Below, one piece after another: positions 21,264 through 30,855 of a stretch of 64,000 bases of DNA. Position 1 is the stretch's first letter; each line of letters opens with the position of its first letter. Origin of the DNA: Vulcanimicrobiota bacterium (GTDB taxonomy: Bacteria; Vulcanimicrobiota; Vulcanimicrobiia; Vulcanimicrobiales; Vulcanimicrobiaceae); NCBI GenBank assembly GCA_963733295.1, contig CAVTCS010000003.1, positions 1,376,001 through 1,440,000 on the forward strand, read 5' to 3'. The translations under genes were made by a program, and so were the position numbers. The notes below the pieces were generated by a model that did no database searches, had not been told where the DNA came from, and saw only the letters and a list, made by a program, of their open reading frames with translations.

Positions 21264-22211
21264 ATGGCGACCCAGCGCGTCCCGTCGATCGTGCTCGACA
21301 GCCGGACGCTTCCCACGACCAACCGCAACGTCATCATCCAAGAAGCGTTCGACCGGCTTCCTTTGGGTGGGATTCTCGAGTTGCCGGAAGAGACCGACCC
21401 GCGCGCGCTGCGCAATGACTTCCTCCAGCATCGCCCGGGCCGCTTTTCGTGGGATGCGCGCAACCTGGGCTCGGGACGCTGGACGATCCGAATCGAGCGC
21501 GTCGACGAGCAAGCCGACGACGCGACCTTCCTTGCCCACTCGACGCCCTTTTCGAACGCGAAGGCGACGACGATTCGCGAATTGGCCGCAACGCTCAGCG
21601 AACGCAGCTACAAACAGGGCGAGACGATTTTCGATGAGGGCGAACTGTGGCCGTACCTCGGCTTCGTGCGAAGCGGGAAAGTCGTCCTGACCCTGCTCTC
21701 GCCCGACGGCAAGACTCATTCGCTGGGCGAACGGGTGGCGCAAGACCCGCTCAACGAATCCGGTACCTTCGACGGTGGCGGTTCGACGACGCGCGCCGAA
21801 GCGCTGACCGACTGCGCCCTCGTGCTCCTGCCGCAAGAAGCGGTCATGCACGCCTGCCGGAACGACGCCGAACTGGCGATCGGATTTCTGGCCGAATCCT
21901 CACAGGCGCGCCGCCGTTCGATCGACACGATCGCCGACCTCGCCTTCGCGCACGTCCTGCAACGTGTCGCGAAATTTCTCCTATCCTATGCGCCGGCGAC
22001 GACCGGCATGGCGCGTGGGCTCTCCGGCGTCGAAAACCTGTCGCAAGCGCAGATCGCCGCCGCCGCCGGTACGGTGCGCGACATGGCGGCGCGAGCATTG
22101 CTCCGTCTCAAGAACTCAGGTGCCGTGGAACTCGATCGGGGCCGCGTGCGCGCGCTCGATCGCGAGCGCCTCGAAGCCTTCGCTCACGGAGTGCAAGCGC
22201 CACCCGTCTGA
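21264..22211 (+). CDS. DUF2249 / Crp-Fnr family transcriptional regulator fusion
   Basis: N-terminal LDSRTLP...IIQEAFDRL...DPRAL...FSW; cNMP-binding domain; C-terminal HTH SQAQIAAAAGTVRDMAARAL. Confidence 0.8.
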   Translation: MATQRVPSIVLDSRTLPTTNRNVIIQEAFDRLPLGGILELPEETDPRALRNDFLQHRPGRFSWDARNLGSGRWTIRIERVDEQADDATFLAHSTPFSNAKATTIRELAATLSERSYKQGETIFDEGELWPYLGFVRSGKVVLTLLSPDGKTHSLGERVAQDPLNESGTFDGGGSTTRAEALTDCALVLLPQEAVMHACRNDAELAIGFLAESSQARRRSIDTIADLAFAHVLQRVAKFLLSYAPATTGMARGLSGVENLSQAQIAAAAGTVRDMAARALLRLKNSGAVELDRGRVRALDRERLEAFAHGVQAPPV

Positions 22212-22222
22212 CCTCTGCGATT

Positions 22223-22780
22223 CTACGGTGCGACTTCGAGCGACTCGAGTTCCGCCGTTTCGGTCGCGGCGTCGAAAGCGACACGTTTGCTCTTCGCCGC
22301 GGCTTCAGCCAGAGGACCGCTGCCGCTCGCGGCCGCCTCCGCCCGCGGAACGAGAGCTTCTTGTCCTTTCTTGACCGACCCGAGCACGGTGGACAGGCGC
22401 ATCTCGAGATCGGCAAGCACTTGGCCTGCGTAAGCGTCGGCGCCCTGCCGGATCTTCCGCGCCTTCTCTTCGGCTTCGCGCAGGACGACCTCGGCGGTGG
22501 TCCTGGCTTGCCGGACGATGTCCGTTTGATCGATGAGCTGTGCCTGCGCGGTCGCGGCCTCGCTGACGATTTGCTGCGCCTTTTCTTGCGCGTCGCGGAT
22601 GACGCGGTCTTTGTTGGTCGCGATGACTTTGGCGCGGCCGACCTCCTCGGGCAACGTCGAGCGCATCTTCTCGATGTACTCGAGCAACCGTTCCTCGCTC
22701 AAGATGCGGTGGCCGAGCGGCAACCAGGTCCCCTCGCGGACGTATCCCTCAAGTTTATCGATGACGCGATAGATCGACAA
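22223..22780 (-). CDS. Coiled-coil protein conserved next to coaD (ATP synthase b / DivIVA-like)
   Basis: LPEEVGRAK, ARKIRQGADAYA pattern; position after coaD. Confidence 0.75.
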   Translation of the reverse strand: MSIYRVIDKLEGYVREGTWLPLGHRILSEERLLEYIEKMRSTLPEEVGRAKVIATNKDRVIRDAQEKAQQIVSEAATAQAQLIDQTDIVRQARTTAEVVLREAEEKARKIRQGADAYAGQVLADLEMRLSTVLGSVKKGQEALVPRAEAAASGSGPLAEAAAKSKRVAFDAATETAELESLEVAP

Positions 22781-22782
22781 TT

Positions 22783-23292
22783 CTATTTCCTCCCTTGAGC
22801 GTGGCGCTTAGCGATCATGAACGACAAAACGACTTCGGGAACGTACTTGGTGATATCGCCGCCCTGCAGAAAGACTTCTTTGATGAGGCTCGAGCTTACG
22901 AACGAATAGGACTGGTCGGCCATCAGGAACATCGTGTCGACGCCGGACAGCGAGCGGTTCATATGCGCCGCAGCCATCTCGCTCTCGAAATCCGAGACGA
23001 CGCGCAACCCCTTGACGATCACGTCGGCGCGCGATTCCCGCACGAAGTCGGCCAGCAAGCCACGAAAGTGCGCGACCTGGACGTTCGGGTAGGGGGCGGT
23101 GCAGGCGCGCAACATCTCCTCGCGCTCCCCAAGCGAGAAGAGCGGCCCACGTTTCTGCGGGTTCACCACGACTGCAACCGTTACGACCGGGAAGATCGCC
23201 GCGGCGCGGTCGATGACGTCGAGGTGTCCGTTCGTCGGCGGGTCGAAGGACCCGGGATAGATCGCATGCTTTTGGTTGCTCTGACCGTTCAA
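22783..23292 (-). CDS. coaD: Phosphopantetheine adenylyltransferase
   Basis: AIYPGSFDPPTNGHLDVI, KGLR, SSSLIKE. Confidence 0.97.
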   Translation of the reverse strand: MNGQSNQKHAIYPGSFDPPTNGHLDVIDRAAAIFPVVTVAVVVNPQKRGPLFSLGEREEMLRACTAPYPNVQVAHFRGLLADFVRESRADVIVKGLRVVSDFESEMAAAHMNRSLSGVDTMFLMADQSYSFVSSSLIKEVFLQGGDITKYVPEVVLSFMIAKRHAQGRK

Positions 23293-23831
23293 GATTCTAC
23301 AATCAAAAATTGAAGCGTCGCCTCGCCGTAGCGGGCTTCGCGAGCGGTCGAGAAGCCGGGACTCGCGAAGGCGGGCCCATCGCTGCGGTGCTCGTAGACG
23401 AGCACCGTCTGCGCGTCGATCGCGCCGCGTTGCCGCAGCGTTCCGAAGGTGCGGTGCGGCGGCGGGAGCGCGTACGGCGGATCGGCAAAGACGAAGTCGA
23501 AGCGGCCCGTCAAGCGTTGCGCGGCCTTCTCGACCGGGGAACAGACGACCGCCGCGCGTTCCGAAACGCCGAGTTGCTCGGCGGCGCGCCGGATCGCCGC
23601 TGCCGTCGGCGCGCGCAATTCGACGAAGGTCGCGTGCGCGGCACCGCGTGAGAGCGCTTCGAATCCGATCGCGCCGGTTCCGGCATATAAATCCAAAACG
23701 CGCGCTTGCGCGATGCGTTCGCCGACGATCGAGAAGAGCGCTTCCTTCGCGCGAGCCGGCGTCGGACGAATCTCGTCGCCGGGCGGCGTTCGCAAGATTC
23801 GGCTACGAAGCTCGCCGCCGCTGATTTTCAC
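23289..23831 (-). CDS. rsmD: 16S rRNA m2G966 methyltransferase
   Basis: IRPT, LDLYAGTGAIGFEALSRGA, DPPY. Confidence 0.95.
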   Translation of the reverse strand: MKISGGELRSRILRTPPGDEIRPTPARAKEALFSIVGERIAQARVLDLYAGTGAIGFEALSRGAAHATFVELRAPTAAAIRRAAEQLGVSERAAVVCSPVEKAAQRLTGRFDFVFADPPYALPPPHRTFGTLRQRGAIDAQTVLVYEHRSDGPAFASPGFSTAREARYGEATLQFLIVES

Positions 23832-23895
23832 AACGGCCGTCCCAGCCCGCCAACCCGAAAGGGGCGAACGATCATGACGCGGGCTTCGCTACTCC

Positions 23896-24582
23896 TTAAT
23901 CTTGACCTTGGAGTAACGCGGGCAACTCGCTCAACGAATGGATGACGAAATCCGGCGGCTCGAGTTCCTGTGGATAACTCTTCCCTTCCCAATCGAACCA
24001 GACCGACTTCATTCCCAGCGCGCGCGATGCGGCGCAATCGATCGCGGGATCGTCGCCGACATACCACACGGCCGCGAGCGGTGCCCCGAAATGTTTTGCC
24101 AAGAACTCAAACGCTTCGCGCGACGGCTTTCGCAAGCCGATTCGCTCGCTGACGAAGACCGGGCCATCGAAGCCGACCAGCCGCGCCTTCTCCTCTTGCA
24201 GCGGGCTCCAACCGTTGGTCAGGATCGCGTAGGGTACGCCGTTGCTTTCGAGCGTCGCCAGCATTTCGTGCAGACCCGGCAGCGCTTCGACCGTTTGCGG
24301 CGCCAGCGCCAGCACGCGTTCCTCGAATTGCTCGGTTATGTCCGGCGCGCGGTCGCCGAGCTCGACGAAACGATCGAAGAAACCGGGCAGCACCGTTTCG
24401 ACCGGCAATCCGCCGGTGCGATACCGGTGCAGCATTTCGTCCACGGCCTCCTCGGCTTCCGTCGAGTCGTAGACGACGGCCTGCGCTTGCGCGAGCTCCC
24501 CTAGCATCGCAAGAGCGACGCGCCGCTCGAGCATGTTGTCGATACCGAGCGTGTGGTCGAGGTCGAAGCCGACGCAAAGCAT
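23896..24582 (-). CDS. HAD family hydrolase
   Basis: FDLDHTL, LTNG, KP, VGDD. Confidence 0.88.
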   Translation of the reverse strand: MLCVGFDLDHTLGIDNMLERRVALAMLGELAQAQAVVYDSTEAEEAVDEMLHRYRTGGLPVETVLPGFFDRFVELGDRAPDITEQFEERVLALAPQTVEALPGLHEMLATLESNGVPYAILTNGWSPLQEEKARLVGFDGPVFVSERIGLRKPSREAFEFLAKHFGAPLAAVWYVGDDPAIDCAASRALGMKSVWFDWEGKSYPQELEPPDFVIHSLSELPALLQGQD

Positions 24583-24625
24583 CGGGGCCCCTTCGGCCAC
24601 TCGATGCGACGCACCCGCGCGGAGT

Positions 24626-26722
24626 TCAGCTGCTGATGAGCGTCGCGCGGACGCTCGCATCCTCGTCGATCAGCTCGCGCAAGCCTGCATGCTCGCTGCG
24701 GACGAGCCCCGGGTCCCCGCCTACCAACTCGTCGGCGTCGGCCTTCGCGCGCATGTAGAGCGCGAAATCGCCGGCGACGCTTCCTAGGAGCGCGCCGCCG
24801 CCGGCCTGCGCGGTCCCGGCGAACTCGCCCTCCCCTCGTAAGCGTAAATCGGCCTCGGCGATCTCGAAACCGTCGGTGGTGCGCGAGAGGACCTCGAGGC
24901 GTTCGACGCTGCCGCGGTCGTCGGGCGCGATCAGCACGCAGTAGGATCGCGCGACGCCGCGCCCGACGCGCCCGCGCAGTTGATGCAGTTGTGCCAAGCC
25001 ATATCGATGCGCGTCGAGGATGACCATCAGCGAAGCGTTCGGGACGTCGACTCCAACCTCGACGACGGTCGTGGCCATGAGCACGTCGCTCTCGCCCCGC
25101 GTGAAAGCGGACATGACCGCTTCCTTCTCGCGCGACGGTAGCCGGCCGTGCAATAAGGCGACGCGCAAATCCGGGAAAACGTCGCGTCGCAAAACCTCGA
25201 GCTCTCCGAGCGCGCTCGTGAGCGCGGACTCGGACTCGTCGATCGCGGGCGCTACCACGTAGGCTTGACGGCCCGCCGCGACATTCTTCCGCACGAACTC
25301 GTAGGCGAGGAACTTGCGGCTTTCGCGCAGGACGAACGTTTCGATCGGCGTGCGTCCCGGCGGCAACTCGTCGATGACCGACAGGTCGAGATCGGCGTAC
25401 TTCGTCTGCGCCAGCGTGCGTGGAATCGGCGTGGCGGTCATATGCAACGTGTGCGGCGCGCGGCTCTTCGAGCGCAGCGCGGCTCGCTGGGCTACGCCGA
25501 AACGATGCTGCTCGTCGATGACCGCGAGCCCGAGGTCGGCAAATTCGACGTCCTCGACGATCAGCGCGTGGGTTCCGATCGCTAGATCGCACTCGCCACT
25601 CGCCAGACGGGCGCGCGTCCGCTCGCGTTCTCGCGCGCCGAGGCTTCCGAAGAGCGCATCGACGCGAATTCCGAAGGGCAGGAGCAGCGGCGCGAGTTTT
25701 GCGGCATGCTGCGCCGCCAAGATCTCGGTCGGCGCCATCAGCGCGCTCTGCACGCCGTTGCGCGCCGCGAGCACGATCGCGGCCGCAGCCACGAGAGTCT
25801 TGCCACTGCCGACATCGCCTTGCAACAAACGGTTCATCGGCGCGGTGCGCGCCATGTCCGTCCAGATCTGACGGATCACGCGGCGCTGCGCCGCGGTCAG
25901 CGAGAAGCTCAGCGCCGCCTCGAACGTCTCGAGCAGGCCGGCCGGCGCCACGAGCTGCGGCGCACCGCCCGCAGCGCTGCGGCGGGCGCGCTTCACTGCG
26001 GCGGCCAGCGCGATGCGAAAAAATTCCTCGAAGATCAGGCGCTCGGAGGCGCTCCGCGCTTCTTCGGGAGATTCCGGCCGATGCGCCGCGCGCCACGCTT
26101 CGCGCAGCGGTCCGTAACCGTGCTTTCGCAGCACTTCGTTCGGGATCGTCTCGCGCACGAGTGCGCCGAGCGGGTCGAAATTCCGTTCGATCGTAAGCGC
26201 GATCGCGCGCGAGGACAACTCCTTGGTCGCACGGTAAACGGGCACGACTCGCCCCGAAAACTCTTCCCCTTCGCGCAGAACGCGGTGCTCGAGGACGTTC
26301 AACTCCACGCCGAGCGCGCCGCGCGTCCGTTTGACCTGCGCGCGGCCGTGAACGAACACGCGATCGCCCGCTGCGAGTTTCCCGGCGAATCCGCGCCTCC
26401 CGAACCAGGTCGCTTTCAGGCGGCCCGAGTCGTCTTCCAACTCGGCCGACACGATGGAGATTCGTCCCCGGAATTCGCTCGTGCGCACGACGCGGCCGAT
26501 CCCGATCTCTTCGCTCGACTCAGTCTCGCCCGCGGCGGAGCGTGCCAGCGCGCGACGCACGATTTCGCCGAGCGGCGACGGGTTGCGCCAATCTTTGTAA
26601 TCGCGCGGGAAAGCGAAAGCGAGATCGAGCGGCGTCCGAATCTCGAGCGCGGCCAACTTCCGGGCGAGTTCGGGACCGACGCCACGCAGCTCGAGCAGCG
26701 TTAGCGAAGCGGTCGCCGTTAC
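24626..26722 (-). CDS. recG: ATP-dependent DNA helicase RecG; putative GTA or CTG start
   Basis: LRGVGP, MNRLLQGDVGSGKT, DEQHRFG, TATPIPRTL, QLRGRVGRG. Confidence 0.95.
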   Translation of the reverse strand, partial: VTATASLTLLELRGVGPELARKLAALEIRTPLDLAFAFPRDYKDWRNPSPLGEIVRRALARSAAGETESSEEIGIGRVVRTSEFRGRISIVSAELEDDSGRLKATWFGRRGFAGKLAAGDRVFVHGRAQVKRTRGALGVELNVLEHRVLREGEEFSGRVVPVYRATKELSSRAIALTIERNFDPLGALVRETIPNEVLRKHGYGPLREAWRAAHRPESPEEARSASERLIFEEFFRIALAAAVKRARRSAAGGAPQLVAPAGLLETFEAALSFSLTAAQRRVIRQIWTDMARTAPMNRLLQGDVGSGKTLVAAAAIVLAARNGVQSALMAPTEILAAQHAAKLAPLLLPFGIRVDALFGSLGARERERTRARLASGECDLAIGTHALIVEDVEFADLGLAVIDEQHRFGVAQRAALRSKSRAPHTLHMTATPIPRTLAQTKYADLDLSVIDELPPGRTPIETFVLRESRKFLAYEFVRKNVAAGRQAYVVAPAIDESESALTSALGELEVLRRDVFPDLRVALLHGRLPSREKEAVMSAFTRGESDVLMATTVVEVGVDVPNASLMVILDAHRYGLAQLHQLRGRVGRGVARSYCVLIAPDDRGSVERLEVLSRTTDGFEIAEADLRLRGEGEFAGTAQAGGGALLGSVAGDFALYMRAKADADELVGGDPGLVRSEHAGLRELIDEDASVRATLISS

Positions 26723-27348
26723 TCCGCGCGCCGTAACAGTTCCCGGCCTACATCGTCCAGCGCGACGCCGCGTTCTTCCAGAAGGACGAGCGTATGATAG
26801 AGGAGATCCGCGACTTCCCAGGCGATCTCGCCCGGCTTGCCGTTCTTCGCGGCGATCACGACCTCCGTCGCTTCCTCGCCGATCTTCTTGCCGATTCGAT
26901 CGACGCCGTCGCGCAAGAGGGCTGCCGTATAACTCGTTTCCGGCGAGGCGCTGCGGCGAGCCGCGATCGTGTTGCGCAAATGCTCGAGCGCGCGGGTGAA
27001 TTCGCCGGACGTATCTGCTTCCGGCCCGTCTAGCAGCGATCCGCTCTCGAAGCACGATGCCGCACCGGTGTGGCACGCCGGTCCGCTCGGGACCACGCGA
27101 TAGAGCAAAGCATCGCTATCGCAGTCGTAGGCGACCTGCGCGACCTGCTGGGTGTAGCCCGACGTTTCACCCTTTTTCCAGAGCCTCGCGCGAGAGCGGC
27201 TATAAAGGTAGGTCGTGCGCTCCGCGATGGTTCGCTCGAGCGCTTCGCGGTTCGCGTAGGCCAGCGTCAGCACGGTGCCGTTGCGAGCGTCTTGGATCAC
27301 GACCGGCAGGAGGCCGTCGCGACCCCAGGCCAGATCATCGATCGACAT
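26719..27348 (-). CDS. hisIE: Bifunctional phosphoribosyl-AMP cyclohydrolase / phosphoribosyl-ATP pyrophosphatase
   Basis: [30 protein letters not shown]. Confidence 0.95.
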   Translation of the reverse strand: MSIDDLAWGRDGLLPVVIQDARNGTVLTLAYANREALERTIAERTTYLYSRSRARLWKKGETSGYTQQVAQVAYDCDSDALLYRVVPSGPACHTGAASCFESGSLLDGPEADTSGEFTRALEHLRNTIAARRSASPETSYTAALLRDGVDRIGKKIGEEATEVVIAAKNGKPGEIAWEVADLLYHTLVLLEERGVALDDVGRELLRRAE

Positions 27349-28123
27349 GAGCCGGTGCTACGAGGGGACGCACGCGAATTCCGCGTTTCGCCAGCTCGCT
27401 CTTGAGCGTGCCGATGTCCAGCTCGCCGAAATGAAAGAGCGACGCCGCGAGCGCGGCATCCGCTTCGGCTTCGCCAAAGACCGCTGCGAAGTCCGCGGCG
27501 CTGCCGGCTCCTCCCGAGGCGATGACCGGTACGTCGACCACCTCGCGAACGCTGCGCGTCAAATCCAAATCGAAACCGGACCTCGTGCCGTCACGATCGA
27601 TGCTCGTCACGAGGATCTCCCCTGCTCCGAGATCCGCGGCTTCGCGCGCCCAAGAGACGGCGTCGAGCCCGGTCGGCCGCCGGCCGCCGTCGATGTAGAC
27701 TTCCCAACGCTCGCGTTCCGCGTCGCGCTTCGCGTCGATCGCCAGCACGAGGCACTGGCTTCCGAACTCCGCGGCTGCTTCCCGCAGTATCAGCGGAGCG
27801 CGCACCGCCGCGCTGTTGATCGAAACCTTGTCGCATCCGGCACGCAGCAATTCGCGCACGTCCTCGGCGTTTCGGACGCCGCCCCCGACCGAAAACGGGA
27901 TCGTCAGTTCGGCCGCAACCGCGCGCACGAGTTCGAGCAGCGCGCGGCGTCCCTCGACCGTCGCCATGATATCGAGAAAGACCAGCTCGTCCGCGCCGCT
28001 CGCTTCGTAGCGGCGCGCCAGTTCGACGGCGTCGCCGGCGTCGGCTAGGTCGACGAAACGCACGCCCTTGACGACTCTGCCGGCCCGCACGTCGAGACAC
28101 GGAATGATCCGCCGGGCGAGAAC
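27335..28123 (-). CDS. hisF: Imidazole glycerol phosphate synthase subunit HisF; the expected start position reads GTT
   Basis: (V)[42 protein letters not shown]. Confidence 0.96.
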   Translation of the reverse strand, partial: VLARRIIPCLDVRAGRVVKGVRFVDLADAGDAVELARRYEASGADELVFLDIMATVEGRRALLELVRAVAAELTIPFSVGGGVRNAEDVRELLRAGCDKVSINSAAVRAPLILREAAAEFGSQCLVLAIDAKRDAERERWEVYIDGGRRPTGLDAVSWAREAADLGAGEILVTSIDRDGTRSGFDLDLTRSVREVVDVPVIASGGAGSAADFAAVFGEAEADAALAASLFHFGELDIGTLKSELAKRGIRVRPLVAPAHVDR

Positions 28124-28156
28124 GTCAGCCCTCGCTTCCGCGGAGAGGTAACGGAC

Positions 28157-28231
28157 TGGAGGCGACGCCCAGATTCGAACTGGGGAATGGAGCTTTTGCA
28201 GAGCTCTGCCTTACCACTTGGCTACGTCGCC
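28157..28231 (-). tRNA. tRNA-Cys(GCA)
   Basis: GGCGACGTAGCCAAGTGGTAAGGCAGAGCTCTGCAAAAGCTCCATTCCCCAGTTCGAATCTGGGCGTCGCCTCCA; cloverleaf, encoded CCA. Confidence 0.96.
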
Positions 28232-28239
28232 GATCCGTG

Positions 28240-28310
28240 AGCGGGTGGCGGGAATCGAACCCGCGCGTCAACCTTGGGAAGGTCGCAGGCTACCATTACA
28301 TCACACCCGC
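28240..28310 (-). tRNA. tRNA-Gly(CCC)
   Basis: GCGGGTGTGATGTAATGGTAGCCTGCGACCTTCCCAAGGTTGACGCGCGGGTTCGATTCCCGCCACCCGCT; CCA not encoded. Confidence 0.95.
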
Positions 28311-28411
28311 CCGCTGCACGCCGAGGGGTCGGGGTTCTCGCCTAGCGCGAAGCCTCCCCCCTCCGGCGAAACACCGGAACTCTGGCAATTAGAACGGCGT
28401 TCTGGACCGTA

Positions 28412-29023
28412 ATGAAGCATTCGCTCTTTCAAGCCGCAGTGACGCTGCTGCTGCTTACGCTCTCGCTGCGCGCCGCGCCACTCGCCGCGCAGCCCGCCGC
28501 AGCGGTTTTCGCGATCGATCCCGGGCATTCGAGCGCGGAGTTCAAAGTGCAGCACCTCGTCGTCTCGAACGTCCGCGGAACGATCCCGATTACCGAGGGA
28601 ATCGTGAACATCGTGCCCGGCGCAACGCTCCCGAACAGCATCAGCGCGACGCTCGACGCGAGCGGACTCAACACCCAGAATACCGACCGCGACAGCGACC
28701 TGCGGAGTCCCGATTGGTTCGACGTGTCCAAGTACCCGACGATCGTTTTTAAGAGTACCAAGGTTGCAGCCGGCAGTTCGGGCGATTTCAAGGTGACCGG
28801 TGACCTCACGCTGCACGGTGTAACGAAGAGCGTCGTCTTGGACTGCAGCACGGTGGGTACGACGGTCGATGGGCGCGGACATCGCAGGATCGGCTTTTCG
28901 GCGACCACGGCGCTCGACCGCCGCGACTTTGGGATGAACTTCATGAAGGCGACGCCTGGTGGAAACTTGATCGCGGGCACGAGCGTCGCGATCTCGCTCG
29001 AGATCGAGGTCGTCGAGCGCTGA
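28412..29023 (+). CDS. YceI family protein
   Basis: Signal peptide; IDPGHSSAEFKVQHL, RDSDLRSPDWFDV, GDLTLHGVTK. Confidence 0.92.
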   Translation: MKHSLFQAAVTLLLLTLSLRAAPLAAQPAAAVFAIDPGHSSAEFKVQHLVVSNVRGTIPITEGIVNIVPGATLPNSISATLDASGLNTQNTDRDSDLRSPDWFDVSKYPTIVFKSTKVAAGSSGDFKVTGDLTLHGVTKSVVLDCSTVGTTVDGRGHRRIGFSATTALDRRDFGMNFMKATPGGNLIAGTSVAISLEIEVVER

Positions 29024-29676
29024 ACGCGACCCCTTGGACCGCGCTTCTGCGAGCCGTCGCGTGTGCGGCGGCCTTTAGCGTCGCACTGCAGGCGGTCGCG
29101 GTGGGCGACGAACCGGCCGCTCCGCCGGGAGCGCCGACCCCGATTCCGATCGTCGTGTCGCCGCCGGCGCTGGTACTGGCGCCCGGCGACGTCGCCCGAG
29201 CGGCCGTCCGCGCGCCTGCCGGAGGGGCATTCGGCATACTGAGCGACGGTTGCGCCGGCATTGCGGTTCCGGTCGCGCTGCCCGACGCTCTCAAGGTCAA
29301 CGGCCTCGCTCCGGGTCGCTGCACGATAACGCTGACGGCCGCGGGCGGAGTGATCGCGCGGGTCGCCGTCGAGGTCGGAACGACCTTGGGGCCCATCGCT
29401 CTCGCCGGAGCGAGGACGCCCGTCGAGTTGAGCCGCGCCGGCGCGATCCTGGCCCACGGGACCGCGGTGACCGTTCATGTTTCCCAGGGCCCCTACGCCG
29501 GGCCGTTTTCCGTCGACGGTAACTGCAAAGGAATTGCGGCGATCACGGGACTCGGGAACTGGCTGACCGTCGTCGCGCTCGAGCCGGGGACGTGCGCCGC
29601 GCAAATCGTCGGCTTGGCGGGCCGGAGGGCGGCGTTCGCGATCACCGTGGAACCCTCTCCGGAAGTGAGACCCTAA
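29020..29676 (+). CDS. Hypothetical secreted Ig-like repeat protein; putative CTG start
   Basis: In-frame signal peptide (NATPWTALLRAVACAAAFSVALQAVA) lies upstream of the ORF-track GTG; two repeats of C.GIA...L.V..L.PG.C. Confidence 0.65.
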   Translation: MNATPWTALLRAVACAAAFSVALQAVAVGDEPAAPPGAPTPIPIVVSPPALVLAPGDVARAAVRAPAGGAFGILSDGCAGIAVPVALPDALKVNGLAPGRCTITLTAAGGVIARVAVEVGTTLGPIALAGARTPVELSRAGAILAHGTAVTVHVSQGPYAGPFSVDGNCKGIAAITGLGNWLTVVALEPGTCAAQIVGLAGRRAAFAITVEPSPEVRP

Positions 29677-29702
29677 GGGTCTCCAACGCCTACTACAGTG
29701 CC

Positions 29703-30227
29703 TTAACTTTCGCCCGGGTCGAATCCGCGCGCGAGTTTATCGAGCAGCGCGACCAGCTGCCGCTTCTCCGATTGCGTCAGCGATTTCGTTGCGGCTTTGC
29801 TTCGTCCGAAGTATCCGGGGAGCATCGAATTCAAAATGCGCTTGCCCGCTCGTGCGAGCGAGATGTACGAAACGCGGCGGTCCTCGGTGCTGGCGCGGCG
29901 TTCGATATAGCCGTCGCGCTCGAGACCGGCCACGAGACCCGTCACGTTGGCTTGAGTCGTTCCGAGATAGCGGCGGAGGTCGGAGAGGGAGATGGGTTTC
30001 CCCTCAGCCTGCAAAACGATCAGGACACCGAATTTCTGGGGCGTGAGGTCGGCATCCAAGAACCAGGAGCCCAGCGCGTTTTCGACGTGCTGGGCGGCGA
30101 TGCGCAAGGTTAGGATAGCTCGCATCGAAGCTGCATCGAATTCGGGATAGCGCTTGCGATGGCCGCTAAAGTGGTACTCGGGCCAGCCGACGGACTCTTC
30201 TCCCGCGCTATTGTCGCCGTCTCTCAT
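29703..30227 (-). CDS. MarR family transcriptional regulator
   Basis: LTPQKFGVL, LERDGYIER...EDRR. Confidence 0.9.
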   Translation of the reverse strand: MRDGDNSAGEESVGWPEYHFSGHRKRYPEFDAASMRAILTLRIAAQHVENALGSWFLDADLTPQKFGVLIVLQAEGKPISLSDLRRYLGTTQANVTGLVAGLERDGYIERRASTEDRRVSYISLARAGKRILNSMLPGYFGRSKAATKSLTQSEKRQLVALLDKLARGFDPGES

Positions 30228-30285
30228 GCAGGTATGCTATCACACGCGGCGACTGAGCGTCGCTTACATTATTAAGGAGTTTAGG

Positions 30286-30855
30286 GTGAAGGAATTTTTC
30301 TTGGCACTGGGTATGGCCGCCGCGCTCGTAGCACCCGCCCTTCCGTCGAAGGCCGACCAAACGGCGACGGTCATCAAGAAGGGCACCGAGATCGACGGCG
30401 TGCTGATGCAGACGCTCAGTTCGAAGACGAATCACGACGGCGACAAATTCACACTTTCGCCGAAAGACGGCTTCTGGCACAAGAATCCGCCTCAGCTCAA
30501 AGGCGGCACGATCGAAGGCCACTTGGAAAACGTAACCCCGGCCGGTCCCACGCACAAAGCAACGATGACGGTGATCGTCGACGACGTCCGCCTTGCCGAC
30601 GGTCACACCGTGCCCCTGCCTGTTAAGCTCGTCTCGTTCACCGTGTTCGAACCGGCAACGCACCACATTCGCGACGCCGGCATCATCATCGGCGGGGCCG
30701 TCGCCGGACATATGATGGCGGGCAAGAGTCACGGCGGTCTAGCCGGCGCCGCGGCCGGGGTCGCGCTGGTCTCCACGCTCAAGAGCGATATCATCGCCAA
30801 AGCTGGTACGGTCGTCAAACTCAAGCTAACGGAAAATCTCGACACTGCTGCTTAG
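30286..30855 (+). CDS. Hypothetical secreted protein (TrbI/VirB10-like beta domain with glycine zipper)
   Basis: AAGGAG SD plus GTG; signal peptide; GGAVAG/GAAAG motif. Confidence 0.6.
   Translation: MKEFFLALGMAAALVAPALPSKADQTATVIKKGTEIDGVLMQTLSSKTNHDGDKFTLSPKDGFWHKNPPQLKGGTIEGHLENVTPAGPTHKATMTVIVDDVRLADGHTVPLPVKLVSFTVFEPATHHIRDAGIIIGGAVAGHMMAGKSHGGLAGAAAGVALVSTLKSDIIAKAGTVVKLKLTENLDTAA

Noticed and set aside
26723..27076. 118-aa N-terminal extension of RecG in the ORF track
   Set aside because: Lies wholly within hisIE in another frame and has shadow-ORF composition
28157..28310. tRNA pair as the attachment site of an island carrying the accessory region
   Set aside because: The tRNA 3' ends face hisF, not the accessory genes; no integrase or duplicated tRNA 3' end was found
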